A stretch of DNA of 64,000 nucleotides from an uncultured Pseudobdellovibrionaceae bacterium (GCA_964579625.1 CAZOGU010000004.1:5496-69495), one strand, 5' to 3'. Shown: positions 19,552 to 29,765, counted from the stretch's first letter. Made by a program: numbers and translations. Notes: generated by a model not told the origin, from the sequence alone.

Positions 19552-19711
19552 CCCCGCTCATACCATACCGAATAATTAGCCGATTTTCATGAAGTATTAT
19601 CGAAAATAAACTGAAAGTAAGTATTCTTCAAATAATATAAACTAGGTTAAATAATGAATACTTTTAGTGTCGTTTTACGGATCTTGACTCTGAAAAATCT
19701 GCCTTGTACAA

Positions 19712-20422
19712 GTGAACAACGTGGCAACTCATAAAGTAATCTCTATTATTCAACCAAGCTTTTTGCCCTGGCGTGGTTATTTTCAAATTATTTCTCAAAG
19801 TGACGGTTTTGTTTTTTATGACGACGTTCAATATGACAAGCACGGCTGGCGGAATCGCAATCAAATTAAAACCGCATCAGGCCCTCAATGGATAACAGTT
19901 CCTGTGCTTAGCAAAGGAAAATCTGAGCAACCGATATTTGCGGCACAAATCGATAACACTTCTCAATGGGGAAAAAAAATTATAAAGAGCGTTGCTGTTT
20001 CTTACAAAAAGGCAGCTTATTTTGACCTTTACTTTGAATGGTTTAGTAAAATTCTTAACCAAAAATGGGAGTCTATTTCCGCTCTTAATATTCAGTTAAC
20101 TAAAGAGATATCTTATTTCCTTGAGATTAAAACTGCTTTTTATTTATCCAGCGAACTCAAGATTCCGCATGGTGACCCAACTCAGCGACTGGTAGAAATT
20201 TGTAAATCATTTTCCGCCAACACTTATGTTTCGGGACCTAGCGCTAAAGCATACATAGGAAATGGAGAAAAATTCACCAAGGCAGGTGTCCATTTAGAGT
20301 ATGCCTCTTATCAGATGCCGCCATACACACAACTCTTCGGCCCCTTTTTTCCAACTGCATCCATTATTGATCTGCTCTTCAATGAAGGGCCGAACAGCAA
20401 AGAATTTCTTAAAAATACATAA
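19712..20422 (+). CDS. WbqC-family protein
   Basis: IIQPSFLPWRGYFQ...YDDVQYDKHGWRNRNQI..WITVPV signature. Confidence 0.8.
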   Translation: MNNVATHKVISIIQPSFLPWRGYFQIISQSDGFVFYDDVQYDKHGWRNRNQIKTASGPQWITVPVLSKGKSEQPIFAAQIDNTSQWGKKIIKSVAVSYKKAAYFDLYFEWFSKILNQKWESISALNIQLTKEISYFLEIKTAFYLSSELKIPHGDPTQRLVEICKSFSANTYVSGPSAKAYIGNGEKFTKAGVHLEYASYQMPPYTQLFGPFFPTASIIDLLFNEGPNSKEFLKNT

Positions 20423-20507
20423 TAATGCGATGCATTTTAATCTATCTCAGTGCCACCCTCAAAAGATTGTATATAAGTGAGGATCACTGGATAAGCTAAG
20501 GAGATAA

Positions 20508-21644
20508 ATGAATATTCCTTTGGGTCAGCCTTTTATTCCTGAATCAGCATCTATGTACATGCTGGAAGTCTTACGTTCTGGATCACTATCTGGAGACAAT
20601 AAATTTACAAAAAAATGTAATGAATGGCTCACATTGAACACCAATTGCCGTCGCGCCCTTCTGACTCCTTCTTGCACACACGCATTAGAACTCACTGCAC
20701 TGCTTTGCAATATCGAGCCAGGGGACGAGGTCATAATGCCCTCTTTTACTTTTTCATCCACTGCGAATGCATTTGCGTTGAGAGGTGCTCGCATTGTCTT
20801 TGTCGATATTAGGCCGGACACTATGAACCTCAACGAAGAGCTCATAGAACAAGCCATTACAAAAAAGACAAAAGCGATTGTTCCCGTTCATTACGCTGGG
20901 GTTTCCTGCGAAATGGATTCCATTTTGAGGACTGCCAAGGATTACCAACTCTATGTCATAGAGGATGCTGCCCAAGGCCTCATGTCTTCATATAAAGGGA
21001 AAAGCTTGGGGACTCTAGGAACTTTTGGTTGCCTAAGTTTTCATGACACTAAGAACTATACCTCGGGTGAAGGGGGCTCAATCCTCATCAACGAAGAACA
21101 ACACATGGCAAGGGCAGAGATTATTCGCGAAAAGGGAACCAACCGTGCTCAGTTTTTTAGAGGATTCGTTGATAAATATTCATGGGTCGATATTGGGTCT
21201 TCATATCTTCCAAGTGATATTTGTGCCGCTCTCCTTTATGCACAGTTAGAAGTGGCTGACGAGATAAATCAACAAAGGTTATCTACTTGGCAATACTACT
21301 TCAATTCGTTATCAGATTTATCCAATAAAGGGATGATTCGACTGCCGTTTGTTCCAGCTAATTGTAAACATAATGCCCATATATTTTATATACGCGTACA
21401 ATCATTGGAACAGAGGACTCAACTCATCCAATTTCTACGAACAAAGAATATTGGAGCCGCATTTCATTACGTACCCTTACACAGTTCTCCCGCTGGGCGG
21501 AAATATGGCCACTTTTGTGGCTCCGATATTTACACAACCTCAGAAAGTGAGAAATTAGTTAGGCTTCCTGTTTATGCCAATATGAATGATACCGATAGAG
21601 ATTATGTTGTTGATAATGTTCGTTATTTTTTTAACCAACTCTAG
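20508..21644 (+). CDS. wecE: dTDP-4-amino-4,6-dideoxyhexose transaminase (WecE/RffA-like, DegT family)
   Basis: Near-colinear similarity to E. coli WecE as I remember it (LLTPSCTHALE, GDEVIMPSFTFSSTANAF, FHDTKNYTSGEGG, REKGTNRAQFFRG). Confidence 0.85.
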   Translation: MNIPLGQPFIPESASMYMLEVLRSGSLSGDNKFTKKCNEWLTLNTNCRRALLTPSCTHALELTALLCNIEPGDEVIMPSFTFSSTANAFALRGARIVFVDIRPDTMNLNEELIEQAITKKTKAIVPVHYAGVSCEMDSILRTAKDYQLYVIEDAAQGLMSSYKGKSLGTLGTFGCLSFHDTKNYTSGEGGSILINEEQHMARAEIIREKGTNRAQFFRGFVDKYSWVDIGSSYLPSDICAALLYAQLEVADEINQQRLSTWQYYFNSLSDLSNKGMIRLPFVPANCKHNAHIFYIRVQSLEQRTQLIQFLRTKNIGAAFHYVPLHSSPAGRKYGHFCGSDIYTTSESEKLVRLPVYANMNDTDRDYVVDNVRYFFNQL

Positions 21645-21675
21645 TAATCTGCGCTTTGCAGCTTTAACCTTCAAG

Positions 21676-21699
21676 GCAAACTTAGAAGGTTTGCTTTTT
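21676..21699 (+). terminator. Possible intrinsic terminator after the wecE-like gene
   Basis: GCAAAC-TTAGAAG-GTTTGC followed by TTTTT. Overlaps the 3' end of the convergent gene. Confidence 0.45.
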
Positions 21700-22554
21700 A
21701 CTTCTTGCAACAAAATAATAGCCTGATGAAATATGAGACGAACAAGGATGATGTCTCAGAAAAAAATCCAAATACTTAATAGGACTTAATAACCATGTGA
21801 TGGGCAATATTATTTTGTATAAGGCGACAGATCCAAAAGAAAAGACCAATGCAATCCATTCCTGAAGTAACCATAGCAAGCCTGATGTCGGCCCAACAGA
21901 GTGAAATGAAATAATATCAAAATCTGAAAAAAGTCTCTTAATGCCTTCCGGAGCATATCTCTGAAAATCAAATGGCGATGCATGAATTCCTTGCATAAAT
22001 GGTATAAAACATATTACGAACCCTCCGCTTCTGAGAACACGGTTAAACTCTTCAACAATTTGTTGTGGATTGTGGACATGTTCTAATACTGCAATATTAA
22101 TAATCACATCTAGAGAGCTATCAACAAAAGGAAGATTTGATATGGATGCGACAATATCTACATTCTTATAATTGGCCAAATCGACATTCAACACCTTAGG
22201 GCCAAAATCAGCTGTGCCGCATCCGAGATTAGCTATTCTACCTTTAGCTAACATATCCCTTGGAATAAGCTTTTTAACTGAGATCGTTGGCGCCACCGGA
22301 CTTAGAAGATTAACCATAAATGGATACAACCAAGACATTTTATTTTTAAATATTTCTTTTTTAGAATTTAACCAATCTTTATTAGAGAGCTCATCCCTAC
22401 TCCACGTCCCGTCAAAGACAAGCTGATTCCTATTTTTCTGGTATGTAAAATCACAAGCCTCACATATGCATAACCTCTTATCCAAAGAACTCTTACACTC
22501 AGGGCAGCATAAAATATCTTCAAAAAAATCTACTCTATTCATTTTTTCACCCAA
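21682..22554 (-). CDS. Class I SAM-dependent methyltransferase with an N-terminal Cys4 zinc-ribbon-like segment
   Basis: CCPECK..CICEAC, then NLGCGTADFG (motif I) and LDVIINIAVLEHV. An alternative ATG start lies at 22542. Confidence 0.75.
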   Translation of the reverse strand: MGEKMNRVDFFEDILCCPECKSSLDKRLCICEACDFTYQKNRNQLVFDGTWSRDELSNKDWLNSKKEIFKNKMSWLYPFMVNLLSPVAPTISVKKLIPRDMLAKGRIANLGCGTADFGPKVLNVDLANYKNVDIVASISNLPFVDSSLDVIINIAVLEHVHNPQQIVEEFNRVLRSGGFVICFIPFMQGIHASPFDFQRYAPEGIKRLFSDFDIISFHSVGPTSGLLWLLQEWIALVFSFGSVALYKIILPITWLLSPIKYLDFFLRHHPCSSHISSGYYFVARSKKQTF

Positions 22555-22592
22555 GTGGTTGGCCCATCAATATTGTCACCATAAATCAACTT

Positions 22593-24023
22593 TCAAAATG
22601 TTAATTTCCTTTCAAGTTTCCATGGAGACTTTTTGAGATTACCTAACATACCTTTTTCATAAACTGGTTCAAATTTTAAATCGCGACCATAAATACTAAC
22701 TGTACATTGCTCAAAACATAGGTTGGATTTTTCTAAGAGAAACCGTACGTACCGTTGCATTTTGTCAAAAGATTCTTCCCTCACTGTTTGTATTGGTGAA
22801 TTAACTCTGAATGCCCAAAAAACCCAAAACCGACCTTGAGTTGAAATATTGTGCAATGGAAGCCCATCACCATCATTGGTTAGGTCAATTTCATTTCCCA
22901 ATGAATCAGTGAAAGTTGCCTTTATCTGTTTATTATACGTCTGAAAATGTGTATGCATAAATACAGAGTGATGAGTTACTCCAAAAAAATCTTTCATGAG
23001 GGGGCTTATTGTGTGTAGATACTTAGTATTTTTCAATCCGAAAAAGTCAAATCCTGGGGCCAAACCAATCAAGAAAAATTGATAAAAAAGGCAAAAAGAA
23101 GAAAAACTTATTAAAGTTGCTTTGGCAAATGGAGATATTCGATGACCTAATTTAACTTCCTGATCATTTAAGGGCTTATAAAGCATTAACAAATAAAGCG
23201 AGCAATAACCTAAGGCAAAAAGTGGTATTGGAAACGCAATCAATATCCCTAAGTGAAGAGCTCCACCAAAAATAAAAAGAATAAATCGAAACTTGCGAAA
23301 CCAAAACATAAAAATAAATACTGTTTCAAAAAGCAGGGTAATAAGGGAGGCCGCCAATACTATCAGTTTTTGATCAAGTAAGAGGCTCAAATCCATTTGT
23401 GCTGCCGGCGGTAGAGAAGCTGGCAACCAAAGCCCTAATAAATTTCTCCACATCGGCGATGACAATTTGAAAAAAATTGAATCGAAGTATATTAAAGCGA
23501 CAGGTACAAATAAAAAAGTCAGATAGTAATACTGAGGAACGGAGCGAGCAACCTGTCTCGACTTAAAAATAAATTCCGCAGAATATTTATAGTTCAATGG
23601 AATGAATATCGCTAAAAAGGAACAACCCAACCAAGCGTAATCCATGTGATATTCCAAGTCACTTGCCGTATCTCCAAGAATATAAACCGTTAATAGATAA
23701 TTAATTATTTTGTAGAAGCTTGCGAAAGGGAGCCCAATGATAATACAAATTATGGAGCCTATCCATGCAAACAGGGCAATATCCCTAATTCCTTCGTGGA
23801 GGCCTAATTCTGCGAAATAGAACTCTTTCATCATTAGAATCTGTAACGCCTCAAGCAATAAAATAGAAAAAAAACAGATCCTAAATAGATCTAACTGAGT
23901 TGATGTTACTGGGCGATTTAGATATTTATTAAATTGTTGAGAAAGAAACCAAGGATTCATTTTTTGAGATAAACTTTGCATATTACTCTCTTCGAAATGG
24001 AAATAGGTACCAATAAATAGCAC
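22593..24023 (-). CDS. Large polytopic membrane protein, possibly HTTM-domain-like
   Basis: LDLFRICFFSILLLEAL resembles the start of HTTM domains. About 9 TM segments plus a soluble C-terminal domain. Confidence 0.45.
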   Translation of the reverse strand: MLFIGTYFHFEESNMQSLSQKMNPWFLSQQFNKYLNRPVTSTQLDLFRICFFSILLLEALQILMMKEFYFAELGLHEGIRDIALFAWIGSIICIIIGLPFASFYKIINYLLTVYILGDTASDLEYHMDYAWLGCSFLAIFIPLNYKYSAEFIFKSRQVARSVPQYYYLTFLFVPVALIYFDSIFFKLSSPMWRNLLGLWLPASLPPAAQMDLSLLLDQKLIVLAASLITLLFETVFIFMFWFRKFRFILFIFGGALHLGILIAFPIPLFALGYCSLYLLMLYKPLNDQEVKLGHRISPFAKATLISFSSFCLFYQFFLIGLAPGFDFFGLKNTKYLHTISPLMKDFFGVTHHSVFMHTHFQTYNKQIKATFTDSLGNEIDLTNDGDGLPLHNISTQGRFWVFWAFRVNSPIQTVREESFDKMQRYVRFLLEKSNLCFEQCTVSIYGRDLKFEPVYEKGMLGNLKKSPWKLERKLTF

Positions 24024-24063
24024 CTTATATTGACTTTAACTATTTTCTTTTTTACTTATCACT

Positions 24064-24984
24064 ATGCCTTTCATATCTGTAGCATCCACAATTTATAACT
24101 CATCGGGTCATTTGTCGCAATTTGTGGACAGGCTCGCAAAAGAGCTCGAAAAATTTGATGGAGAAAAAGAAATTGTACTTGTAAATGATGGCTCACCTGA
24201 TAACTCGCTATTCATAGTAAACGAGCTTTGCAACAAATACACTTATCTAAAAGTATACAATCTGTCTAAAAATTATGGCCATCATACCGCCATGTTTGCT
24301 GCCATCGAAAAGTGTCAAGGTGATTTTATTTTTGCTATTGATAGCGATTTAGAAGAACCACCCGAGTTACTCACATTTTTTTACACTACTCTTAACAACG
24401 AAAATGCCGATGTTGTTTATGGTATTCAAAATGAACGAAAAGGAGGTTTCATAAAAAAACGATTGGGCGGTCTTTTCTATCTCCTATTTAACCTCTTATC
24501 TGACACTAAGATCCCAAAAAACATGCTCATGGCGCGACTCATGACGAAACGCTATGTAAATGCACTAAAACTCTATCGCGAAAAGTCTCTATTCCTTGGC
24601 GCTGTCTTCGCGGATGTAGGATTTAAACAGATCCCTTACTTTGTCGAAAAAAACTCGAGAAAAGAGAGCAATTATTCATTTCGTGCTAGATTGCAGCTTG
24701 CTATTCAAGGAGCTACGTCTTTTTCTTATAAGCCTCTCTTAGTCATTTTCTATACTGGTTTTTTTATTTGGCTTATATCGACAATGTATCTGATTTTTAT
24801 CATTTACGAAAAAATTTGCAATGGAACCGCCATCGGATGGGCGTCATTAATTGCCTCAGTTTGGTTCCTCGGAGGACTTAATATATTATTCCTTGGAATT
24901 ATAGGTATTTACCTCTCCGTTATATTTACAGAAATAAAATCGAGACCTACAATTTTGGAAGAGATTTCATCTAAATCAAAATAA
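24064..24984 (+). CDS. Polyprenyl-phosphate glycosyltransferase, GT2 (ArnC/GtrB-like)
   Basis: ISVASTIYN..VLVNDGSPDNS and DSDLEEP (DxD), plus two C-terminal TM helices as in ArnC/GtrB. Confidence 0.75.
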   Translation: MPFISVASTIYNSSGHLSQFVDRLAKELEKFDGEKEIVLVNDGSPDNSLFIVNELCNKYTYLKVYNLSKNYGHHTAMFAAIEKCQGDFIFAIDSDLEEPPELLTFFYTTLNNENADVVYGIQNERKGGFIKKRLGGLFYLLFNLLSDTKIPKNMLMARLMTKRYVNALKLYREKSLFLGAVFADVGFKQIPYFVEKNSRKESNYSFRARLQLAIQGATSFSYKPLLVIFYTGFFIWLISTMYLIFIIYEKICNGTAIGWASLIASVWFLGGLNILFLGIIGIYLSVIFTEIKSRPTILEEISSKSK

Positions 24985-25011
24985 GTTACTTAAATATAAG
25001 GAACACTAGTA

Positions 25012-25674
25012 ATGAAAAAAAATCTAATTGTTCTTGGTGGTGGACGCTTCTCCCATCTCATTGAGGGCCTCGCCACAGATGTCGGCAAATACGAAAAAAT
25101 TATTTTTTATGATGATATTATTAAATCAGAAAGAATTTCTGGAACCATAAATGATGCTGAAAAAGAAGACCCTTCTTGTACTGAATTTGTAATAGGAGTC
25201 GGATATCTTCACTTCTCACTAAGAGAAGAACTCTACAACCGTTTTAGTGAAAAATATACCTTTGCCACTCTTATACATCCTTTCTCTTTTATTTCTCCAA
25301 AAAGTAGAATAGGAAGCGGAACAACAATATTCTCCAACACCAACATTGAACAAGGAGTACATATTGGATGCAATACAACTATTTTTAACAACACCAGTAT
25401 TACTCATGATGTTCAAATTGGTAGCCATAGTTTTATCTCTGTAGGAGTAAATATGGGCGGAGGAGTAATAATCGGGAAAAAAGTATTCATTGGTGTCGGC
25501 ACTGTTATAATTAATGATATAAAAATCGAAGATGAAGCAACTATTTGCGCAGGAACAGTTATTTCAAAGCCAGTGCTCGCCAAACAGACAGTTGTTGGAT
25601 ATCCACAACGTCAGATTGACGACGTACTTTTAAAGAGAGAACTTCTCGGGGGCACGGTTGAATCAGAAGACTAA
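25012..25674 (+). CDS. NeuD/PglD-family sugar N-acyltransferase (hexapeptide repeat)
   Basis: N-terminal Rossmann-like LIVLGGG and a C-terminal left-handed beta-helix repeat (IGxxxxI pattern). Confidence 0.7.
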   Translation: MKKNLIVLGGGRFSHLIEGLATDVGKYEKIIFYDDIIKSERISGTINDAEKEDPSCTEFVIGVGYLHFSLREELYNRFSEKYTFATLIHPFSFISPKSRIGSGTTIFSNTNIEQGVHIGCNTTIFNNTSITHDVQIGSHSFISVGVNMGGGVIIGKKVFIGVGTVIINDIKIEDEATICAGTVISKPVLAKQTVVGYPQRQIDDVLLKRELLGGTVESED

Positions 25675-26335
25675 CAAAAAACTCGAACAAATCTATCGCG
25701 ATCAATATCTCAAAGAAGGAGATAGTCCAAGAGGTTTTTTTTGGAATAATATTGAAACACAAGAGCTTAGATTCAGAAAGATTCTTGAAATGATACCCCC
25801 TATGGATAATTTAACTGTTCATGATATTGGATGTGGCACTGGCGGGTTTCGACTTTATTCCGAAAAATTAAACTATAATATTCGATACTCTGGTTGCGAA
25901 GTCGTTCCAGAAATGGTCACTGATTTTCGTAAAAATAATCCTAATTCTGAAGTTTTTTTAGGTCATTTTTTAGATCTCCCTTATGATTCAAAATCCTATG
26001 ACTTTGTAACACTTAGTGGTCTTTTTAATATGCCTCCGACAGACCATATAGATTGGCAAACTTTCTGTGAAGAGACCCTCAAGAAGATGTGGCAGATCGC
26101 ACGAGGGGGAATAGTATTCAATTGCCTAACAAGTTACTCCACCTTTGTAGACAAAAATCTATTCTACTTAGATCCCAAATATATTTTTGATTTCTGTCAT
26201 AAAAATTTTTCTCGCCATATAAAAATTGACCACAGTTATCCTTTGTATGAATTTGCAGTAGCGGTATATCGTGATGAATTTTCTAAAAAATATTATCCTG
26301 AAGACGCATTTTTGAAGTATTATCCTAAATGTTAG
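25658..26335 (+). CDS. Class I SAM-dependent methyltransferase
   Basis: VHDIGCGTGGF motif I and FDFVTLSGLF. TTG start overlapping the upstream gene. Confidence 0.7.
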   Translation: MNQKTNKKLEQIYRDQYLKEGDSPRGFFWNNIETQELRFRKILEMIPPMDNLTVHDIGCGTGGFRLYSEKLNYNIRYSGCEVVPEMVTDFRKNNPNSEVFLGHFLDLPYDSKSYDFVTLSGLFNMPPTDHIDWQTFCEETLKKMWQIARGGIVFNCLTSYSTFVDKNLFYLDPKYIFDFCHKNFSRHIKIDHSYPLYEFAVAVYRDEFSKKYYPEDAFLKYYPKC

Positions 26336-26419
26336 TCCTCAACTGACTTGCGAATTTACTAAGAATCATAAATATATCAAAGTAGTCGAACTGCACAGAA
26401 ATTCATCTATTTTTTAGAA

Positions 26420-28207
26420 TCAATTCCTTTTGAATGAATGGCATTTGTTTAAAATTGATTGTTTATCTTTAGGTTTATAGACGGAATGTACATAATGATG
26501 CTGATTAACTTTCAGAGGAGATAATGTTTTATCCACAAATAAATAATCTTTCTGCAAATCCAATCCTACTTGATGAAGAATTGATGGGGACAGGCTTAGC
26601 ACCCCATCTTCCTCAAATAATAACCAAGATATTGTAAACATCTCACAAGATAAACGTTTTAAGGTTAAAGCAGCAAAATTATTGCTCCCCGGATACCCCC
26701 CTAATAGCCATGGCTTTCCTGGCGCAATCCCTCCCAAGATATAAGAAACTCCTGGAAAGTGACCTGTAAAATCAATTACGCTTATTTTATTACCCATAGG
26801 ATGTATTATTTTTTTCATATTTTGTATGTACTGATTAAAATCTTTCGAAATAATTAATTTAGAATCACCAAAAGGAATACTTGTTTTTGAATAACTTTTT
26901 TGCAGAGGCTCAGATTGTCTATATGGACTATACCATGAATTGACTAGAGTCATAATTGTCATCAGCTGCGCTATAGAAATGCAAATTCCTATTGTCAAAA
27001 AACTCTTTACTCTTTGTTGAGTACAAAAAAGTAAATAGCTTAGACTTAGGACCCAGAATAAACTTGCGTAAGTGGAAAACTCCCAAAAATTATTACCTGT
27101 TCCAAAACTATAAACAAATGGCATAAATGCCACTAATATAGGAAGAAAAAAATCAATCTTCCTTCTCATTATCCAACTCCAAAAAAGAATACTAAAAATA
27201 TAAATAACATAAAAGAGAAAGTAGATAGACTTAAAATCTAATACGGAAAACTGTTTCTCTGTGTATAAAATAAAAATAGATAATGCTGATATTAAATAAT
27301 AGCTCATCAAAAAAATTACATTTATAAAAATATTCTGAGAATAAAAAATGAATAATACAATGGCGGCGCTTATAAATAAGAAATTCCTAACCTCCATTGC
27401 ATTAATTGTAATTGGATCAAAACGAAGTGTCTTGCTTAAATCTTGAGATGCGCTTAACACACTGGCATCATTCAAACTCAGAAGTATGCGTTGGATAAAT
27501 TTGTCTAACGTTCCATCAATTACAATGGCACTCCCCAAAATGAGTAAGATAGCTAAAAGTGCTGTTAGAATAAATATTCTATACTTAAACTTATGTTTAA
27601 TTTTAATAATTCTAACTAAACCTAAAACAACCAATAGGATACTCGAAGTTGGTTTGGCCATAAATGATAGCCATATTCCAAAAGAAAAAAGCACTGATGT
27701 AACAAAATATTTACCTTGCGACTCACTACCTACCAATATGATACCTAAGCATCCCAAAAGTAGACCTATGAAATTAAGTGAATTGTAACTTGGAGTACAT
27801 ATCCAAAGTTGAAAGTAGACACAAAATACTGAAGCCATAGATATCGCAGTCAAAAAACGATTTAAAATACTCATGTTTTTAAAGACTTTTGTTTGCAAAA
27901 GGATGTAATAAGTATTTATAAAACTTAAAAAAAGTAAAACAGATACGTTAAAATATCTTAGAAGAACAATGTCTCCACCGAAAAAATTGTAAATTGGATG
28001 AAATACAAAACCAAATTGAGTAACCGACTCAGCATAGTCATAAGGGCGAGCTATCCAATGAAGGTAAAAGCTTTCATCGCTAAAATCAAATCCATATGGA
28101 ATATAACTGTAAACTTTGCAAATTATTAATACAGAGACAATTGCTGTTGCCCACACGCAAACAGTATCACAAAATTGAAGTAATTTGATATTCTTGAGCA
28201 TTTTCAT
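26420..28207 (-). CDS. Large GT-C-like membrane glycosyltransferase (ArnT/PMT-like), putative
   Basis: About 14 TM segments. Acidic motif YGFDFSDESFY in the first predicted external loop. Soluble C-terminal domain. Confidence 0.5.
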   Translation of the reverse strand: MKMLKNIKLLQFCDTVCVWATAIVSVLIICKVYSYIPYGFDFSDESFYLHWIARPYDYAESVTQFGFVFHPIYNFFGGDIVLLRYFNVSVLLFLSFINTYYILLQTKVFKNMSILNRFLTAISMASVFCVYFQLWICTPSYNSLNFIGLLLGCLGIILVGSESQGKYFVTSVLFSFGIWLSFMAKPTSSILLVVLGLVRIIKIKHKFKYRIFILTALLAILLILGSAIVIDGTLDKFIQRILLSLNDASVLSASQDLSKTLRFDPITINAMEVRNFLFISAAIVLFIFYSQNIFINVIFLMSYYLISALSIFILYTEKQFSVLDFKSIYFLFYVIYIFSILFWSWIMRRKIDFFLPILVAFMPFVYSFGTGNNFWEFSTYASLFWVLSLSYLLFCTQQRVKSFLTIGICISIAQLMTIMTLVNSWYSPYRQSEPLQKSYSKTSIPFGDSKLIISKDFNQYIQNMKKIIHPMGNKISVIDFTGHFPGVSYILGGIAPGKPWLLGGYPGSNNFAALTLKRLSCEMFTISWLLFEEDGVLSLSPSILHQVGLDLQKDYLFVDKTLSPLKVNQHHYVHSVYKPKDKQSILNKCHSFKRN

Positions 28208-28245
28208 GAATACATCTCAGTTCCAATACTTATCAACATACTCGG

Positions 28246-28989
28246 TTAGATAAATAACTTTTGGTAAGCGGTAGCTCCGCCCTCTACATCACCATCGTGA
28301 ACAATTTCTCCGTTCTCAATAACTATGCTACGAGAACAATACTTGCGAACAGCCTGCGGATCGTGTGTTACCAAAATAACAGTTTTGCCACTTTTAAAAA
28401 TTTCTTCCATTTTTTTCATCGATTTTTTTTGAAAGCCCTCATCTCCAACAGCAAAAATTTCGTCCAACAGAAGAATAGGCGCTTCAACGAAAGCTGCTAC
28501 GGAAAAGCCCAAACGAACAATCATTCCCGAGGAGTAGTTTTTAACCGGACGATAGACATCATCGCCCAAACCTGAAAACTCAATAATTTCATCTAATTTT
28601 TCTTTGATTTGTTGGCGCCCAAAACCCAGAATGGATGCGTTCAAAAAAATGTTATCATACCCAGACAATTCAGGCTGAAATCCGGCACCTAACGCCACCA
28701 TGGGCGCCAGCTTTTCCTTCACCAGCACATTCCCTGAGGTTGGGCTGTAAATCCCACTGAGGATCTTCATGAGAGTCGTTTTACCGCTTCCGTTGCGCCC
28801 CATAATTCCAATAAAATCACCGTAACGGATATTAAAACTGATTTCTTTTAAAACCTGTTTGTCTACACTCTTCGTTGTTATCTGCCCTCGCGCTAGATTA
28901 ACAAGCACACTTTTAATGCTATCGGGCCGCTCATGGTAGATGCGAAAAGATTTTGAAAGTTTGTTTACCTCAATGACGTCCGTGTTCAT
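28246..28989 (-). CDS. wzt: O-polysaccharide ABC exporter ATP-binding protein, short form without a C-terminal carbohydrate-binding domain
   Basis: Walker A GRNGSGKTT, signature YSSGM, Walker B LLLDE. 247 aa in total. Confidence 0.85.
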   Translation of the reverse strand: MNTDVIEVNKLSKSFRIYHERPDSIKSVLVNLARGQITTKSVDKQVLKEISFNIRYGDFIGIMGRNGSGKTTLMKILSGIYSPTSGNVLVKEKLAPMVALGAGFQPELSGYDNIFLNASILGFGRQQIKEKLDEIIEFSGLGDDVYRPVKNYSSGMIVRLGFSVAAFVEAPILLLDEIFAVGDEGFQKKSMKKMEEIFKSGKTVILVTHDPQAVRKYCSRSIVIENGEIVHDGDVEGGATAYQKLFI

Positions 28990-29765
28990 AATTTTTCAAT
29001 CACTCCCTGGCCAAATTTATTCAGCGTTAGAAATGCGACAGCGATGCTAAAAAGCGTCCAGGCAATGAGCGCAATGAGCGAGTCATAGTGCATCGGTTGA
29101 TCAAAAATTATATTCCTAAACAGAATAAAAAAGCCAGCAACCGGATTTAAACTGATGATCAAACTTTGGTATTTCTGCGGAACCATATCTATGCCGTACA
29201 CAATCGGAGTTCCGTAGAACCAAACTTGCATTATGAGTCCCGTGACATGCCTCAGATCTTTAAAATAAACGTAAACGACAGAAAAGATAACTCCTATCGA
29301 GAGAGCTAAGAGGTACAACAAAATAAATAATGGAAAAATACACACCAACGACCAATGCAGAGCCAGCCCACTGGTGAGATACACAATAACTGCCATCGGG
29401 AATGCCGCCAATAAATTAATCATATTTGTAATCGACGAAGTGTTTGGAAAAACCTGAATGGGAATAGGCATCTGATTCAATAAATACGCATTTGCGCTGA
29501 TACTTTCCATACTTTCACTAATGGTTGTGGAAAAAAAAAGCCAAGGTAGTAATCCGCTCACCAAAAAGACAAGGTAATACGGCATCGTGACCTTAAAAAC
29601 GATAATATATAAAAAGTAAAAAATCGAGATCTGTGACGCTGGAATTGCCATCGTCCAGAGATATCCGAGAAACGATTCTCTGTATTTAATTTTTAAATTT
29701 CTCATCACAAGATTAAAAATGAGAAATTTTTTATCTAAGCAGAAAAGGGAAAAAAGCTGACCCAT
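28986..29765 (-). CDS. wzm: O-polysaccharide ABC-2 exporter permease
   Basis: ABC-2 type 6-TM profile (RNLKIKYRESFLGYLW). 4-nt overlap with wzt. Confidence 0.8.
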   Translation of the reverse strand: MGQLFSLFCLDKKFLIFNLVMRNLKIKYRESFLGYLWTMAIPASQISIFYFLYIIVFKVTMPYYLVFLVSGLLPWLFFSTTISESMESISANAYLLNQMPIPIQVFPNTSSITNMINLLAAFPMAVIVYLTSGLALHWSLVCIFPLFILLYLLALSIGVIFSVVYVYFKDLRHVTGLIMQVWFYGTPIVYGIDMVPQKYQSLIISLNPVAGFFILFRNIIFDQPMHYDSLIALIAWTLFSIAVAFLTLNKFGQGVIEKL

